Assembly: GCF_006345805.1 (NCBI RefSeq)
Contig: NC_042997.1
Span: 3,162,001 to 3,226,000, forward strand
Source of the DNA: Octopus sinensis
Taxonomy: Eukaryota
Direction: 5' to 3'
DNA length: 64,000 bases
A program made the position numbers and the translations under genes. Under the pieces are notes generated by a model. The model did not search any database and was not told the origin of the DNA. It saw only the letters and a list, made by a program, of their open reading frames with translations. Of this stretch, positions 28,076 to 43,079 are shown in pieces. Position 1 is the stretch's first letter. Every line of letters begins with the position of its first letter.

Positions 28076-28640
28076 TTACTCTAGATCGACCTCAGTACGC
28101 TACTGGTATCTAATATATTGAACCCGAAAGGATAAAGGCAAAGTCGAAATCAGCGGAATTTGAACTCAGACGTAAAGAGAGGCGAAATACCACTAAAAAT
28201 TTCGCCCGGCGTGCCAACGTTTCTTATTTCTTTATTGCCCACAAGGGGCTAAACATAGAGGGGATAAACAAGGACAGACAAAGGGATTAAGTCGATTACA
28301 TCGACTCCAGTGCTTAAATGGTACTTAATCTATCGACTCCGAAAGGATGAAAGGCACAGTCGACTCGGCGGGATTTGAACTCAGACGTAAAGACGACGAA
28401 ATACCTATTTCTTTACTACCCACAATGGGCTAAACACAGAGGAGACAAACAAGGACAAACAGATGGATTAAATCGATTATATCGACACCAGTGCGTAACT
28501 GGTACTCAATTTATCGACCCCGAAATTATGAAAGGCACAGTCGACCTCGGCGGAATTTGAACTCTGAACGTAGCGGCAGACGAAATACCGGTGAGAATTT
28601 CACCCGGCGTGCTAACGTTTCTGCCAGCTCCCCGCCTTGT
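28076..28640 (-). mobile_element. Head-to-tail trimer of SINE family B (one full copy, two truncated)
   Basis: The gaactcaga/atcgac core is seen three times, with junctions at ~28224 and ~28405. Confidence 0.9.
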
Positions 28641-28659
28641 ATATGCATATATATTATAG

Positions 28660-30700
<2,041 letters not shown>

Positions 30701-31429
30701 GATGCATAGAAGCTGTATATATATGATTGTTGAATATTTAGTTGCCAACACACTGGCTTCTTAAAAATATATTTTGGCATTTCTCCAGCATTTGGAAAGT
30801 ATATGGCCTGAAGCGCTTCGCACAAATGCGTAGCCTCTTTTACATACGCGCACTCATATGTATGTGTATCACTTCATACTATACACGCATAAATAAATAC
30901 CTACCTACACACCCATGTACACACACATACATACACACGGTTTGGAAGTTTGTGTTTTATGTTTTTACAGAGGTATTTTTGCGCGTTTCTGAATGTTCTT
31001 CTATGTGCATCCATATGTGTGTTTGCATGTGTGTGAGTGTGTGATTGTGCGTGCGTATGTGTTTGTGTGTTTTGGAATGTGTGTGTGTGTACGTGTACGT
31101 GTGTGCATTAGAATCAGTTGAAATGCATGCTTTTTGTCTTTCTTTTTTCTCATTGCAGAAAGAGCTCTTCGTCGCAAACCTTTGGTGGACAGTAAATGAT
31201 GTAACTGTGATTCATGAAGAACTCTGAAAGATATATGTTTCCTCCAAAATTCTCAGAAATACACTTGATTTCTTGGCATTCTATACTTTGTATATGTGTG
31301 CCACTTGAAAATTGAAACCCGGTTTTTCTCACTTTTGATCTTATCCAGCCTCAAAAAGCGCTGTCTGAATGCATGCCGGTCATGCTACGTTTCTATGTTT
31401 TTTATGTCATAGGATTGAGAACTCTTGCC

Positions 31430-31463
<34 letters not shown>

Positions 31464-31483
31464 ACACACACAACGATGCAGAC

Positions 31484-31531
<48 letters not shown>

Positions 31532-32183
31532 AGAGAGAGAACGGAAGGAGGATTGAGAGAGGGAAAGAGAGAAAGATCTGTGTATCAGACTATATGTATA
31601 TATGTATTAAATAAATGCCATAGCATATCGTTATGTAAGTGTGTTAACCTCTAAAGGCTCTGAAACGGTGTGACCACGTGAAATACGGATTTGATTTTCG
31701 AAACTGGATAGAACATAATCTTCATACAATTCTAGAAATCGTTGTACTGTTCAACTGTATAGAATTAGGTGACAACCTGATTAGGCTTCAAAGCCGAGAT
31801 TTTTGAAGGAAATGCTGGCATTTGTTACAATTCATTAAAATGCGAGATCAGACACGTAAAATCCCTCAGCACTCTAACTCCTACAGATCTCAACATTGTT
31901 GTCTAGAATCGAGATACATGATTATATTTCACTTTTAGAATGTATGTATATACATGTGTGCATTTCCTGCGTTTTGACTTTTATATCGAAACGTGTTTTT
32001 CAATAGAATACTTATATGTTATCATATATAGCATTTAAGTACTTTGAGATCTAATTCCAAGACGGATTTACTTCATGTTATCTTCAAAGTTTATAAAGTT
32101 CTGACGTCAACAATATGTGTGCATATGTGTGTGTGTGTATGAATATAGAACTCTGTCTGTCTGTATGTATGTATGTATAAATG

Positions 32184-32580
32184 TAGATGTGCTTGTGTGG
32201 TAAGTAGCTTCCTTACGAACAACATGGTTCCGGGTTCAGTCCCACTGCGTGGCACCTTGGGCAAGTGTCTTCTACTATAGCCTCGGGCCGACTAAACCCA
32301 TGTGAGTGGATTTGGTAGACGGAAACTGAAAGAATCCCGTCATATATATGTATATATGCATATATATATATGTGTGCGTATTTGCTTGTGTGTCTGTCCC
32401 CCAAACCTCACTTGACAACCGATGCTGGTGTGTTTACGCCCCCGTAACCTAGTGGTTCGGCAAAAGTGATCGATAGAATAAGTACTAGGCTTACAAATAG
32501 TAAGTTTTGTTGTAGATTTGTTCGACTAAAGGCGGTGCTACAGCATGGCCACAGTCAAATGACTGAAACAAGTAAAAGAG
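32184..32580 (+). mobile_element. tRNA-derived SINE family A (CORE-like CCTTGGGCAAGT motif, internal microsatellite)
   Basis: Pol III A-box-like (gtgtggtaag) and B-box GGTTCAGTCCC, with a conserved tail aaatgactgaaacaagtaaaaga shared by many copies in the window. Confidence 0.9.
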
Positions 32581-32802
32581 TACATGCATTACATACACAC
32601 ATATGTGTATGTCAGGTCACATTTCAGATCAGTAATCTGTGCTACAGGTAACATAAAACAAGTATAACTTCTGCATGTTCGGGTCGACACCGACTATACC
32701 GGCACCCGAACTAGGCTTACCTAGTCTGGAGTGTTGCCAGAATCCCAGCAGGAATAAAACCAAGACGTGTCAAAAGAACAGATGAACGGTATGCATATTC
32801 AA

Positions 32803-33036
32803 AGGCGGCGAGCTGGCAGAAACGTTAGCACGCCGGGCGAGATGCTTAGCGGTATTTCGTCTGCCGTTACGTTGTGAGTTCAATTTCCGCCGAGGTCGGC
32901 TTTGCCTTTCATCCTTTCGGGGTCGATAAATAAAGTACCAGTTGCGCACTGGGGTCGATGTAATCGACTTAATACCTATGTCTGTCCTTGTTTGTCCCCT
33001 CTGTGTTTAGCTTCTTGTGGGTAATAAAGAAATAGG
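32803..33036 (+). mobile_element. tRNA-derived SINE family B, full length, 15-bp TSD GGTATGCATATTCAA
   Basis: A box TGGCAGAAACG and B box GAGTTCAATTTCC. TSD copies at 32788-32802 and 33035-33049. Confidence 0.93.
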
Positions 33037-33240
33037 TATGCATATTCAACGTCTATCTAGCAATATCACGCTTCTTAGAAATTCCTGGTCGGTATTCGGC
33101 ATGCTGAAAGAGTACTGAGAGTGGGGCAACCCGTAACCATTTTTATAGCATGTCTGTAAGAGAAAGTCATTACGATCTAAACCAGATATGCATGGTATGG
33201 CATTGTGTATTTGGGGTTATTTTTATTGCATTTAGTATCA

Positions 33241-33340
33241 NNNNNNNNNNNNNNNNNNNNNNNNNNNNNNNNNNNNNNNNNNNNNNNNNNNNNNNNNNNN
33301 NNNNNNNNNNNNNNNNNNNNNNNNNNNNNNNNNNNNNNNN
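33241..33340. other. Assembly gap (100 N)
   Basis: Visible run of N. Confidence 1.
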
Positions 33341-33555
33341 TACGAGTGCAAAGGCTGCTGCTTGCTGTATTAGCATTGAACTGCAATCTCTTTTCTTATC
33401 CATACGCAAACATTGTGCCTGCTTGCTTTAAGTATTTGTATATGTATCTGTTTTATTGTCTAATTTTTTTTTTTATCGAATTCAGATCGGTGACGTCTTC
33501 TATGAATATACGTTGACCGTAGTATTCCACTGGTATTTTTTACTTTATGGATACT

Positions 33556-33604
<49 letters not shown>

Positions 33605-33705
33605 GTCGGGTTTTGTCATACCGATCTCTCTGAGAATATAAAATCTGTTTTGTGTATGCAAGTATGCTATATGTATATAAGTGTACATGTTTTTGTTTTC
33701 TATAT

Positions 33706-33747
<42 letters not shown>

Positions 33748-33882
33748 ACTCACACACATCTATGTATATATATATATATGTGTGTGTGTGTGTTTACGTG
33801 TAACATAAATATATATATAGACAGATAAATATATGTATGTATGTTTAAAAATATCTATACGTTGTGTGCGCGCGTGTATTTT

Positions 33883-34095
33883 GCTCTGTGATTGTTCCCC
33901 GCCTTCGCTTGGCAACCGATGCTTGTGTGTTTATATCCCCGTAATTTAGCGATTCGGCAAATGAACCGATAGAATATGTACTAGACTTCATATAAGTCCT
34001 GAGGTCGATTTCTTCAACCTCAGGTGCCTTTAAGGTGGTGCCCCACTATAGCTGCAGCCAAACGACTGAAACCAGTAAGGGAATAAAAGAATGAA
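33883..34095 (+). mobile_element. SINE family A, 3' half, diverged
   Basis: Matches the family A tail (caaccgatgc...gactgaaac). Confidence 0.8.
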
Positions 34096-34425
34096 AGAAA
34101 AAAAAAATATATATATATATGTATATACGTTTTGAGGTATGTATATACACAGAGCTGTATATATTTTACATTAAATGTTGCCTATGAGTGTGTATTTATA
34201 TTTATTACAAATGTTTGTACAGAAATATGTTTGTGCGCTCGTTTGTGTGTGCGTGCGTGCGTATGTGAGGGTGTATAGTGTATATGGTCTTTTCTTCGTG
34301 ATGATATATATTTCCATAGACAAATACATACATACATGCACGCACGCACAGATGTTCACAAACACACACCGCGCACACACAGATACATACATATAAAATA
34401 TATATATATATATATATATATATAG

Positions 34426-34471
<46 letters not shown>

Positions 34472-34970
34472 TATATATATCTATATATATATAGTATGTA
34501 TACATTGAGACAGAGTGACACATGCATATATATACGTGTCTATATTAGTGTTCAGTGAGAGAGAGAGAGAGAAAATAGATAACGAAACAGTGTGACACTC
34601 GGAGAAAGACTGAACGATGGAACGAAACCGTTTTTCTTATGTAGATGCCAATGACATCCCGTGCTTTCCACAGTTTGCATATAGATACGTACACACAGAC
34701 ACAAAGTGCACTCACACACAAGACGGCTAGGACGATTCTGCATAGTTATTCGACTTTATTGCAATACAGGCCAGATGTCACTCAGATGACTCCTACTGTT
34801 TTAAATTTAAACAGCTGAAGGATACGTTGAGATTATAGTAGTACTCAATACTCGTAAAATAGAGTGGGGTGCATCATATGTGAATACGCGAATAACTTTA
34901 TAAATACGTACATGCATAAATACATACGTATATATGTATATGTATATATATATTTTTTTTTTCTCTTTTA

Positions 34971-35390
34971 ATCTTTTACTTGTTTCAGTCATTTGACTGC
35001 GGTCATTCTGGAGCACCGCCTTTAGTCGAGTAAATCCACCCCAGGACTTATTCATACTAAGCCTAGTACTTATTCTATCGGAGTATTTTTGCCGAACCGG
35101 TAAGTTACGGGGACGTAAACACACCAGCATCGGTTGTCAAGCAATGTTGGTGGAAAAACACAGGCACACAAACACACAGAGAAACACACACACACACCAA
35201 CGCACACACACACATACATATAGACGACGGGCTTCTTTCAGTTTCCATCTGCCAAATCCACTCACAAGGCTTTGATCGGCCCGAGGCTATAGTAGAAGAC
35301 ACTTGCCCAAAGTGCCAAGCAGTGTGACTGAACCAGGCACCATGTCGTTGGTAAGCAAGCAACTTGACTCACAGCCACTCATGCGCCTAT
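34971..35390 (-). mobile_element. SINE family A, full length
   Basis: Reverse complement of 32184-32580, including head and tail. Confidence 0.9.
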
Positions 35391-35565
35391 TGTACTGACA
35401 GTTATTTAGAATCACTAAAATCGAAAGGCGTGAAGCCGCCGCACGCCTCAATACTGGATCTAAAATCTCTTTAAGAGGTCAACGCAGTAGTTATACGAAG
35501 TGGCTGCGAACATTACTTATACACTCACACACACACGCACACACACACGTATGCATAAACAACTT

Positions 35566-35700
35566 CGCAGGTGTGGGTGTGTGGTAAAAAGCATGCTTCT
35601 CAACTGCATAATTCCGGTTTCAATCTCACTTCATATCGTACTTTGGGTTAGTGTCTTCTAATATAGTTTCGGCGCCGACAAAGACTGAATGAAGACTCTC
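35566..35700 (+). mobile_element. SINE family A head fragment, diverged
   Basis: cgcaggtgtgggtgtgtggtaa...ccggtttcaatc...agtgtcttct. Confidence 0.65.
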
Positions 35701-35829
35701 ATATATATACGTATCTATGAGAATCTTCTTTCAGTTGCTGTCTAACAAATACATGGGAATGCAGAGGAGGAATTGGATTTTCCGTTGATATAGGGATGGA
35801 GCATGACTTAGATAACTTAGTTATGTTTC

Positions 35830-38640
35830 GACAAAAGATTAGTCCAGGCCACGTCTAACTTAATAGCACCACCTGATAGGATTATTCGAATCCTGTTTAA
35901 GTCAAGTTTTGTTTAAGTCAAGTTTTGTTCAAAAAAGTGAGTTCTTGTTGGGTGAGTTGTATCCAATTATGGGTGGCTTGTCTGGTATTCTTTGAAGGAA
36001 TCTATCCAGACAATGTTTAAAATTGATGGGATCCTTTTCCTCTTTGATCTCCCTCGGGACAATGTTAAATAGGGCAGGGCCTGTTGAGGAAAAGAAATTA
36101 TGTTGCAGTGTACATGTATGCTGTGATCTTAAATTGGGCAGGGGACGTATGACCCGTGGTCCCAGTCTTGGATGAACCTTCAAGCTAATGTTAAGGTCGT
36201 TCGGGCAAATTTGGCGGTATATTCTCCACATCGTACAAATGATGTACCGCTCACGGCGACGCTGGACGGAGTAAAGATACAAGGCTTTAAGGCGATCCCA
36301 ATAATCGAGAGCGGCTATGCCTTGAATTCGTTTAGTGAGTGCCCTCTGGGGTGACTCAATCCTGGAGAAGTTTTGTCTTGTATGAGGAGACCACAGTGGG
36401 CAGCAGTATTCAATGTGTGGCCGTGCAAAGGCGGAGAAAAGTGGTATGATGTCACCATGTTCTCTGGACCGGGAAGTTCTTAAGATCCAGGAACTCATCC
36501 TACGAGCTATATCAACCTTCTTGTTGATGTGTGCACTCCAACTGTTAGAGGCTGTGAGCGGTTCCCCTGAAGGAAGACAGTATGGTTGTTTTAGTGAGGA
36601 ATTTCTTCCAAAATGCATCAGCTCAAATATTCCCTCATTCAGTTGCATTTTGTTTCTGTCTGCCCATTGACTCACAGCATATAGATCAGACTGGAGTTGA
36701 GTTCGGTCTGCTTCTTCATTGACGGTTTGCTGGAGTTTAGTGTCATCAGCAAATATTTTCACTTTGCAGTAATGTACGACACTGGAAAGGTCGTTTATGT
36801 AAATTATGAAGAGTAGCGGACCCAAAACAGTCCCCTGGGGAACACCGCTGCCGACTTTTGTGTTCTATTCGCCAGGAAATACTTAATCCAGTGTAGAACG
36901 TTTCCACGGATTCCAACATTTGCCAATTTTGAGAATAGGATATTATGGTCTACCCTGTCGAACGCTTTACTGAAGTCAAGATATATGATGTCAGAGTTCG
37001 AACCTCTTCCCAAGGCTTTGAGTACATCTTCAATGTGGTGTAAGAGCTGTGTTAGACAGTCCCTGCCACAGCAAAAGCCATGCTGATTTGTAATTAGGAG
37101 TTTGTGGGTCTCCAGGAAGTCAGCTATCCTTGATCTTAACACTCTTTCAAACACTTTAATGATGTGGGAGGTGAGTGAGAATGGGTGATAGTTGACTGCG
37201 AGGGATCTGTTTCCCTGTTTGAAAACCGGGATGACCGACTGGGATAGAAACTGTTTCGGTATATAACCTGCGTCTAACGAATTTCTCCAGAGGTTGGTCA
37301 GAGGGACTGCAAGTTGGTGTCTACATTCCTTCAGGAGACTAGCGGGGAATCTATCAGGGCCTACTGCAGAGTAGTATTTGACCTCATTTATTGCTGCTAT
37401 GATGTCAGTGGCAGTGAAGGTAATGTCTGAGATTTTATGTTGGGAGTCAACTTCGTTCGTTTCTCTTACGTTAATATCAGTGGAAACACTAAAGACAGCA
37501 GTATTGTTCCTGCAGTATTTCTGCCATTTCCTTAGCATCGTGTTGGGTAATGCCGTTATCATCAATCAATGGCCCAATGGGTGAGACAGTGGTTCTATGC
37601 TTATTTGCATAAGAATAGAACACTTTTGGGTTCTGTTTGATGTTTTTGATTACCCACTGTTCCTCCACAGCTCTTTGATTTTCAATGGAGGTTTTCATGT
37701 CGGTCTGCAGATGAAGTTTTTCCAGCTCTAGTCTTTTCATTGTGTTGAATGTGGATGTTGTATGTGGGAATATTTTAATTGGTTGATTTTTTTGTTGAGT
37801 CCTTTGATGCGCCTGATGAATGTTTTTTTTTTCTTTTTAGGGAGCCGGTTTCTGTTTGTGTTATTAGATTTCGTGGGAGCGTGTTTAGAGCATGTATAGG
37901 TGACAATGTTCTCAAAGTGCTGCCACGAGAGGAATTGAGAGTAAAAGACCAGTCGATGGAAGACATATCCTTTCTGATTGCTCCCCAATCCGTTTTGTGG
38001 AAGTTTATGTTGTCAAACGGGTGCCATGGAGTGGGATTGGCTGGTTTGGTTTTTATATGTCGGGAATTAAAATTGCAGAGTACTATGTCGTGGTCTGAGA
38101 GGAGAGTTTTTTCGACTGAAATACTGTGAACGTAGCTAGAGTGATTGGTCGATACCAGATCCAAGATCGTTTTATTCTGCCTCGTTGGTTCGAGCACTAG
38201 CTGAGTCAGGACGTACTCATCCATCAGATTAAAGAGCAGTTCTGCAGCTGCTCAATCTGATGGAGAGCATTTGCCTAACTTCAGAGTATTTGTGGGCCAG
38301 TTCACATGAGGGAGGTTAAAATCACCCATCACCAGTATGTTCCCGGAGTGGTACTTCCGAAGGAAGGGTTTGACTTTGCTAAGGCACTCTTCAAAGCACT
38401 TTAGAGGTGCCTGGGGAGGCCTGTAAAGACCAACAATGATTATGTCCTTGGCCTTGCTGAATAGTGATACCGATTAACAGTAGCCATTGGAAAATATGTC
38501 CTTGGCATCAAGTGAAAAGGAGTCATGGATAAAGATGGCTGTCCCTCCCTTATTTCGGTCTGTGCGATCCGCACGAACAATGGTGAAATCTTTTATTTTC
38601 ACCTCTGCGTCCATATGGGTTTTGTTCAGGTGAGTCAAAA
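35830..38640 (-). mobile_element. CR1-group LINE ORF2 (APE endonuclease plus RT), 5'-truncated, few frameshifts
   Basis: EN: IVRADRTDRNKGGTAIFI, GDFN, TRQNKTILDLV, SDHDIV. RT: AVGPDRFP, NQHGF, YLDFSKAFDRVDH, GVPQGTVLGPLLFIIYINDL, FADDTKL, RPHIEYCCPLWSPH. Confidence 0.93.
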
Positions 38641-38759
38641 ACAATTGTTCAGATTTTGTTCAGGTGAGTCAAAACAATTGTTTCGATTTTGTTCAGGTGA
38701 GTCAAAAACAATTGTTCAGATTTTGTTTAGGTGAGTCAAAAACAATTGTTCAGATTTTG
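38620..38759. repeat. 34-bp tandem repeat x4 at the LINE 5' junction
   Basis: TTTGTTCAGGTGAGTCAAAAACAATTGTTCAGAT units with anchors at 38627, 38661, 38694 and 38728. Confidence 0.95.
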
Positions 38760-39343
38760 CATTTAAATCACTGAAAAATCTTGCCAAAACCCAATATATT
38801 TGCATCAATAGTTTCGCTCTCTTCTTTAGAAATAGCAAGGTGTGGATGAAAATATCAATATAGCTTTGAATTGTATTATGATCGAAGAAAGAATTAGCGA
38901 ATAACGAAAGGACGCTATGCCAGATTAAAAGGGGTGTTGCATTCAGATTTTTCGACTTTTTGCGAGTATTAAAATATTAATATTCGCAATGAATTTGCAG
39001 TACTTTTACTAACAGCGAAAACTGGGACGTTCGACTACATCTGCTACATAGTCATTTCATCTGCAAGATCCAGCCATCAAATGCAAATTTTCTGGACTCA
39101 GTACTTCAACTCAGAACAGACTGCATTTCAGTGTTGTTAGATATAACTCAAAAACATACGTAATAAGCAATACCATAAAAGAAGAATAGATCAAACAAGT
39201 GCTTAAAGGAAATAACAATTTGTGGGTCCGTAATTGATGCTTCAAGAAACAAACACTTCCTAATGACTATTATGAATCCAAACGTTTAAGCGAAGCGTTT
39301 CTCACCAAAACCAGTAAGAGAAACAGGGAGAAATATATATATT

Positions 39344-39489
39344 ATAGGCGCAGGAGTGGCTGTGTGGTAAGTAGCTTGTTTACCAACCACATGGTTCCGG
39401 GTTCAGTCCCAGTTTTCTACTATAGCCTTCGGTCGACGAAAGCCTTGTGAGTGAATTTGGTAGATAGAAACTGAAAAAAGCCCGTAGTA

Positions 39490-39564
<75 letters not shown>

Positions 39565-39804
39565 GTTGTGTGTTTGTGCGTGTTTGTGGTTGTGTGTGTG
39601 TATATGTTTATGTGTCGTGTTTGTCCCCCCAACGTCGCTTGACAACTGATTCTGGTGTGTTTACATCATCGTAACTTAGCGGTTCAGCAAAAGAAATCGA
39701 TATATGTACTAAGCTTAAAAAAAATAATTCCTGGTGTCGATTTGCTCGACTAAAGGCGGTGCTCCAGGATAGCCACAATTAAATGACTGAAACAAGTAAA
39801 AGAG
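39344..39804 (+). mobile_element. SINE family A, full length, with expanded internal (TA)n
   Basis: Head ataggcgcaggagtggctgtgtggtaag; tail gactgaaacaagtaaaag. Confidence 0.92.
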
Positions 39805-39870
39805 TATTATATGTATCATATATATAATATGTATTATATATGTTTATATATAAATAAGTATTATTTTATA

Positions 39871-40088
39871 TGTTTCAGACGTTTGACTGCTGCCAGGCTG
39901 GAGCACCGCCATTTAGCCGAACAAATTGACTCTAGGACTTATCCTTTCTAAGCCTAGTACTTACTCTATCGGTCTGTTTTGCCGAACCGCTAGTTAGGGA
40001 GATGTAAACACACTAGCATCGGTTGTCAAGCGATGGCTGAGAGACATACACACATATACACACACATACACATGTACAGCCAGCCCAC

Positions 40089-40121
<33 letters not shown>

Positions 40122-40122
40122 T

Positions 40123-40172
<50 letters not shown>

Positions 40173-40331
40173 AAGAGATACGATGGGCTTCTTTCAGTTT
40201 CCGTTTACCAAATCCATTCGCAAGGCCTTGGTCGCCTCGAGGCTCTAATAGAAGACACTTGCCCGAGGTGCCATGCAGTGGGTCTGAACCCGGAGCAACG
40301 CCTTTGGTAAGCAAGCTACTCGTGCGCCTAC
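39871..40331 (-). mobile_element. SINE family A, near full length, tail-to-tail with 39344-39804
   Basis: Reverse-complement match to family A. Confidence 0.9.
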
Positions 40332-40724
40332 GCACACACACATATATACACTCACACACACACACACACACTCAAACACATCCATATACACATAGATTTA
40401 TATATGTTTATATTTGCGTGTTTACGTGTATTTGTCAGCGTTTATTTGTGTGAAGAATTTCGTTTCGTGGCATGCTGTTATATTTCGTTAGTAAAAAAGT
40501 TTTCCGTTGATTTTAAAACATCTGGTGTGTTGTACTTTGTGCGTGAGTTGTGATTAACATTACTTTTGATATATCAGAAATGTCAAGAAAACATGTTGCA
40601 ATATACGTTAGATTGCCGCTTAGAACTTTCTCGTGTCGTTACAAGTTGTCTGTTAACATTTCCTTTACATATCCTGTCTCAGTTTCAATCTTGTCTTTCC
40701 ATTTGTTCATAGGACAACTTTAAA

Positions 40725-40760
40725 TAAATAAATAAATAAATAAAAACAACAACAACATCC

Positions 40761-40793
<33 letters not shown>

Positions 40794-40804
40794 ATATCAA
40801 TAAA

Positions 40805-40836
<32 letters not shown>

Positions 40837-40898
40837 CAATAATACTAATAATAATAATAATAGTAATAATAATAAAAATAATAACAACAACAACAACG

Positions 40899-40975
<77 letters not shown>

Positions 40976-40985
40976 AATAATAATA
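40725..40985. repeat. (AAAT)/(AAT)n/(AAC)n/(GAT)n array
   Basis: Visible. Confidence 0.95.
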
Positions 40986-41344
40986 AAGATTTCTTTACGT
41001 TATCTCAATAGAAACAATGAACGTGAAAAGTATTAATGCAAAACCGGATGATGATGATGTATTAGCAGAGTCGAATATGAAAAATACAGACGCACCATTT
41101 AACCGCGTAATTACAAAATGTGAATTCAAAGAGCAACGTATCGAAATAAAATACATAAGAATAAATATGGGGACACACAACCTTCATCAGGCGTTCACAA
41201 TCGTTTGTATGCGGAGCAGCGATGTGTCGAAGATTATTTAGTACTGGACTGACAGCACAGGAAGAATGTATGTTAAATATAGTTACTATGTTATTGAGAA
41301 TAGCGGTCTGTAAACGGATTTGGATTATATAAGTAATATATCTT

Positions 41345-41737
41345 TCTTTTTCTTTTTACTTGTTTCAGTCATTTTGACTGCGGCTATGCTGGAGCACCAC
41401 CTTTAATCGAGCAACTCGACCCCGGGACTTATTCTTTGTAAGCCCTGTACTTGTTCTATCGGTCTCTTTTGCTGAACCGCTAAGTGATGGAGACATACAC
41501 ACACCAGCATCGGTTGTCAAGCAATGCTAAGGGGACAAACACAGCCACACAAACACACACACATATATATATAAACATATATACGACGGGCTTCTTTCAG
41601 TTTCCGTCTACCAAATCCACTCACAAGGCTTTGGTCGGCCCTAGGCTGTAGTAGAAGACACTTGCCCACAGTGGGATTGAACCGAGAACCATGTGGTTGG
41701 TAAGCAAGCTACTTACCACACAGCCACTCCTGCGTAT
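41345..41737 (-). mobile_element. SINE family A, full length
   Basis: Reverse-complement match including head (ccacacagccactcctgcg). Confidence 0.92.
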
Positions 41738-42404
41738 ATGCATTTTATATGTAATAATGAAATTATTTATTATGCACTTCATTGTGTTTTGTTATGCGTG
41801 TCAGTGGAAAGAACTGTATGAAACCGATCCGTAGAGTAAAAATGTAGTTGGTGACTTCTGGCTGAATCAACCTTGGTACAGGAGTGACTCTGTGTTGTAA
41901 CGATGTAATCCAGTAATGACACGGAAACTGAACCTGAAACATCAAAGCATTTTCATTAACTACCTATAAGTATTTTGTGAATCGATCTACCTGTACGCCA
42001 TCAGTGACAATAACATTCGTTTAGAATTGAGAAACAAAGCCAGCAATTTTAGCAGGAATGAGGCTAGTCGATAGTATTGACACCTTCCGTGTCAAATACA
42101 GCAGTCGTCTCCGAAGAGACAAAGGGCAATGTAGTTGAGATTGGTAGAATTTTAAGTTAGAACGTAAAGAGCCCAAAGAAATGCTGTACAACATTCTAAC
42201 AGTTCTGCTAAATCGCAACTTTTGCTTTTTCCTTTCAACACGAGACCACTAGACTTCAAAGGAAAATGTTAGTCGATTAGTGCGCTAGCTTTGTATCCAA
42301 TCGACCCCGAAGGGATACATAACAAAGTCGACCTCAGTGTGGTTTCAGGCCAGAGCATAAAGAGTCGATTCTGTAAAGTCACCGCCGTATTATTGATGAA
42401 GGCC

Positions 42405-42550
42405 ATAGTGATGATGATGATCATGAGGAGGAGGAGTGGTGGAGGATGATGAAGTGGAGGAGGAGGAGGATAGGGGAGGAGGATGACGACGACGACAACG
42501 ACGATGATGATGATGATGATGATGACGACGATGTTGACGACGACGATGAC
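42405..42550. repeat. Mixed (GAT)/(GAG)/(GAC)n trinucleotide tract
   Basis: Visible. Confidence 0.9.
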
Positions 42551-42551
42551 A

Positions 42552-43070
42552 GCAAGAGAAAGATCCAGCTAGTGGACCAGACGTAATTATTAAAGACAGC
42601 GAAGAAAATACTTGTAGACTAATAGATATAAGTGTTCACACTGACAAACATATATCAGTAAAAGAATTTGACAAATTAACTAAATATAATAAACACAAGG
42701 ACCTGGAAATTGAAATACGAAAGACGTAGCATCTTAACGCATTAGGTGCCAATGTATGATATAGATGGGATGTCAGAGACATGTAAACAACATCCCAGGA
42801 GAGTCTTGTCGCAGAGAAATCCAAAGGACTATGCTGACAATTACTGCCCACAACCTTAGAAAAACCCTATCAATTTAAATGTCTGTGTTGAATTACTTGA
42901 AGGCATTTCCGTACTACCCCCACCACCTCCTCTTTACAAGATTTCAGTCAAACTGTAACATCTCTCATCCTTCACTCGCCCTAGAGCTCTGGATGCGTGG
43001 GGGCAAATGACTGTAACAAATATGCCGGTTGAGATATAAACAACAAGAACTGCAATAATGATAATGATCA
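42552..43070 (+). mobile_element. R4/Dong-like LINE 3' end (REL endonuclease plus 3' UTR)
   Basis: GPDVIIKDSEENTCRLIDISVHTDKHISVKEFDKLTKY..KDLEIEI (PD..D REL motif), then EIQRTMLTITAHNLRKTLSI-stop, ending in an AAT-like tail. Confidence 0.8.
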
Positions 43071-43079
43071 CAAATGTTC

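Noticed and set aside
38620-38759. CRISPR-like appearance of the 34-bp repeats
   Set aside because: Units are contiguous with no unique spacers, there are no cas genes, and the context is eukaryotic.
41017-41241. 74-aa ORF MNVKSINAKPDDDD..
   Set aside because: Short, no known motif, no splice or homology support.
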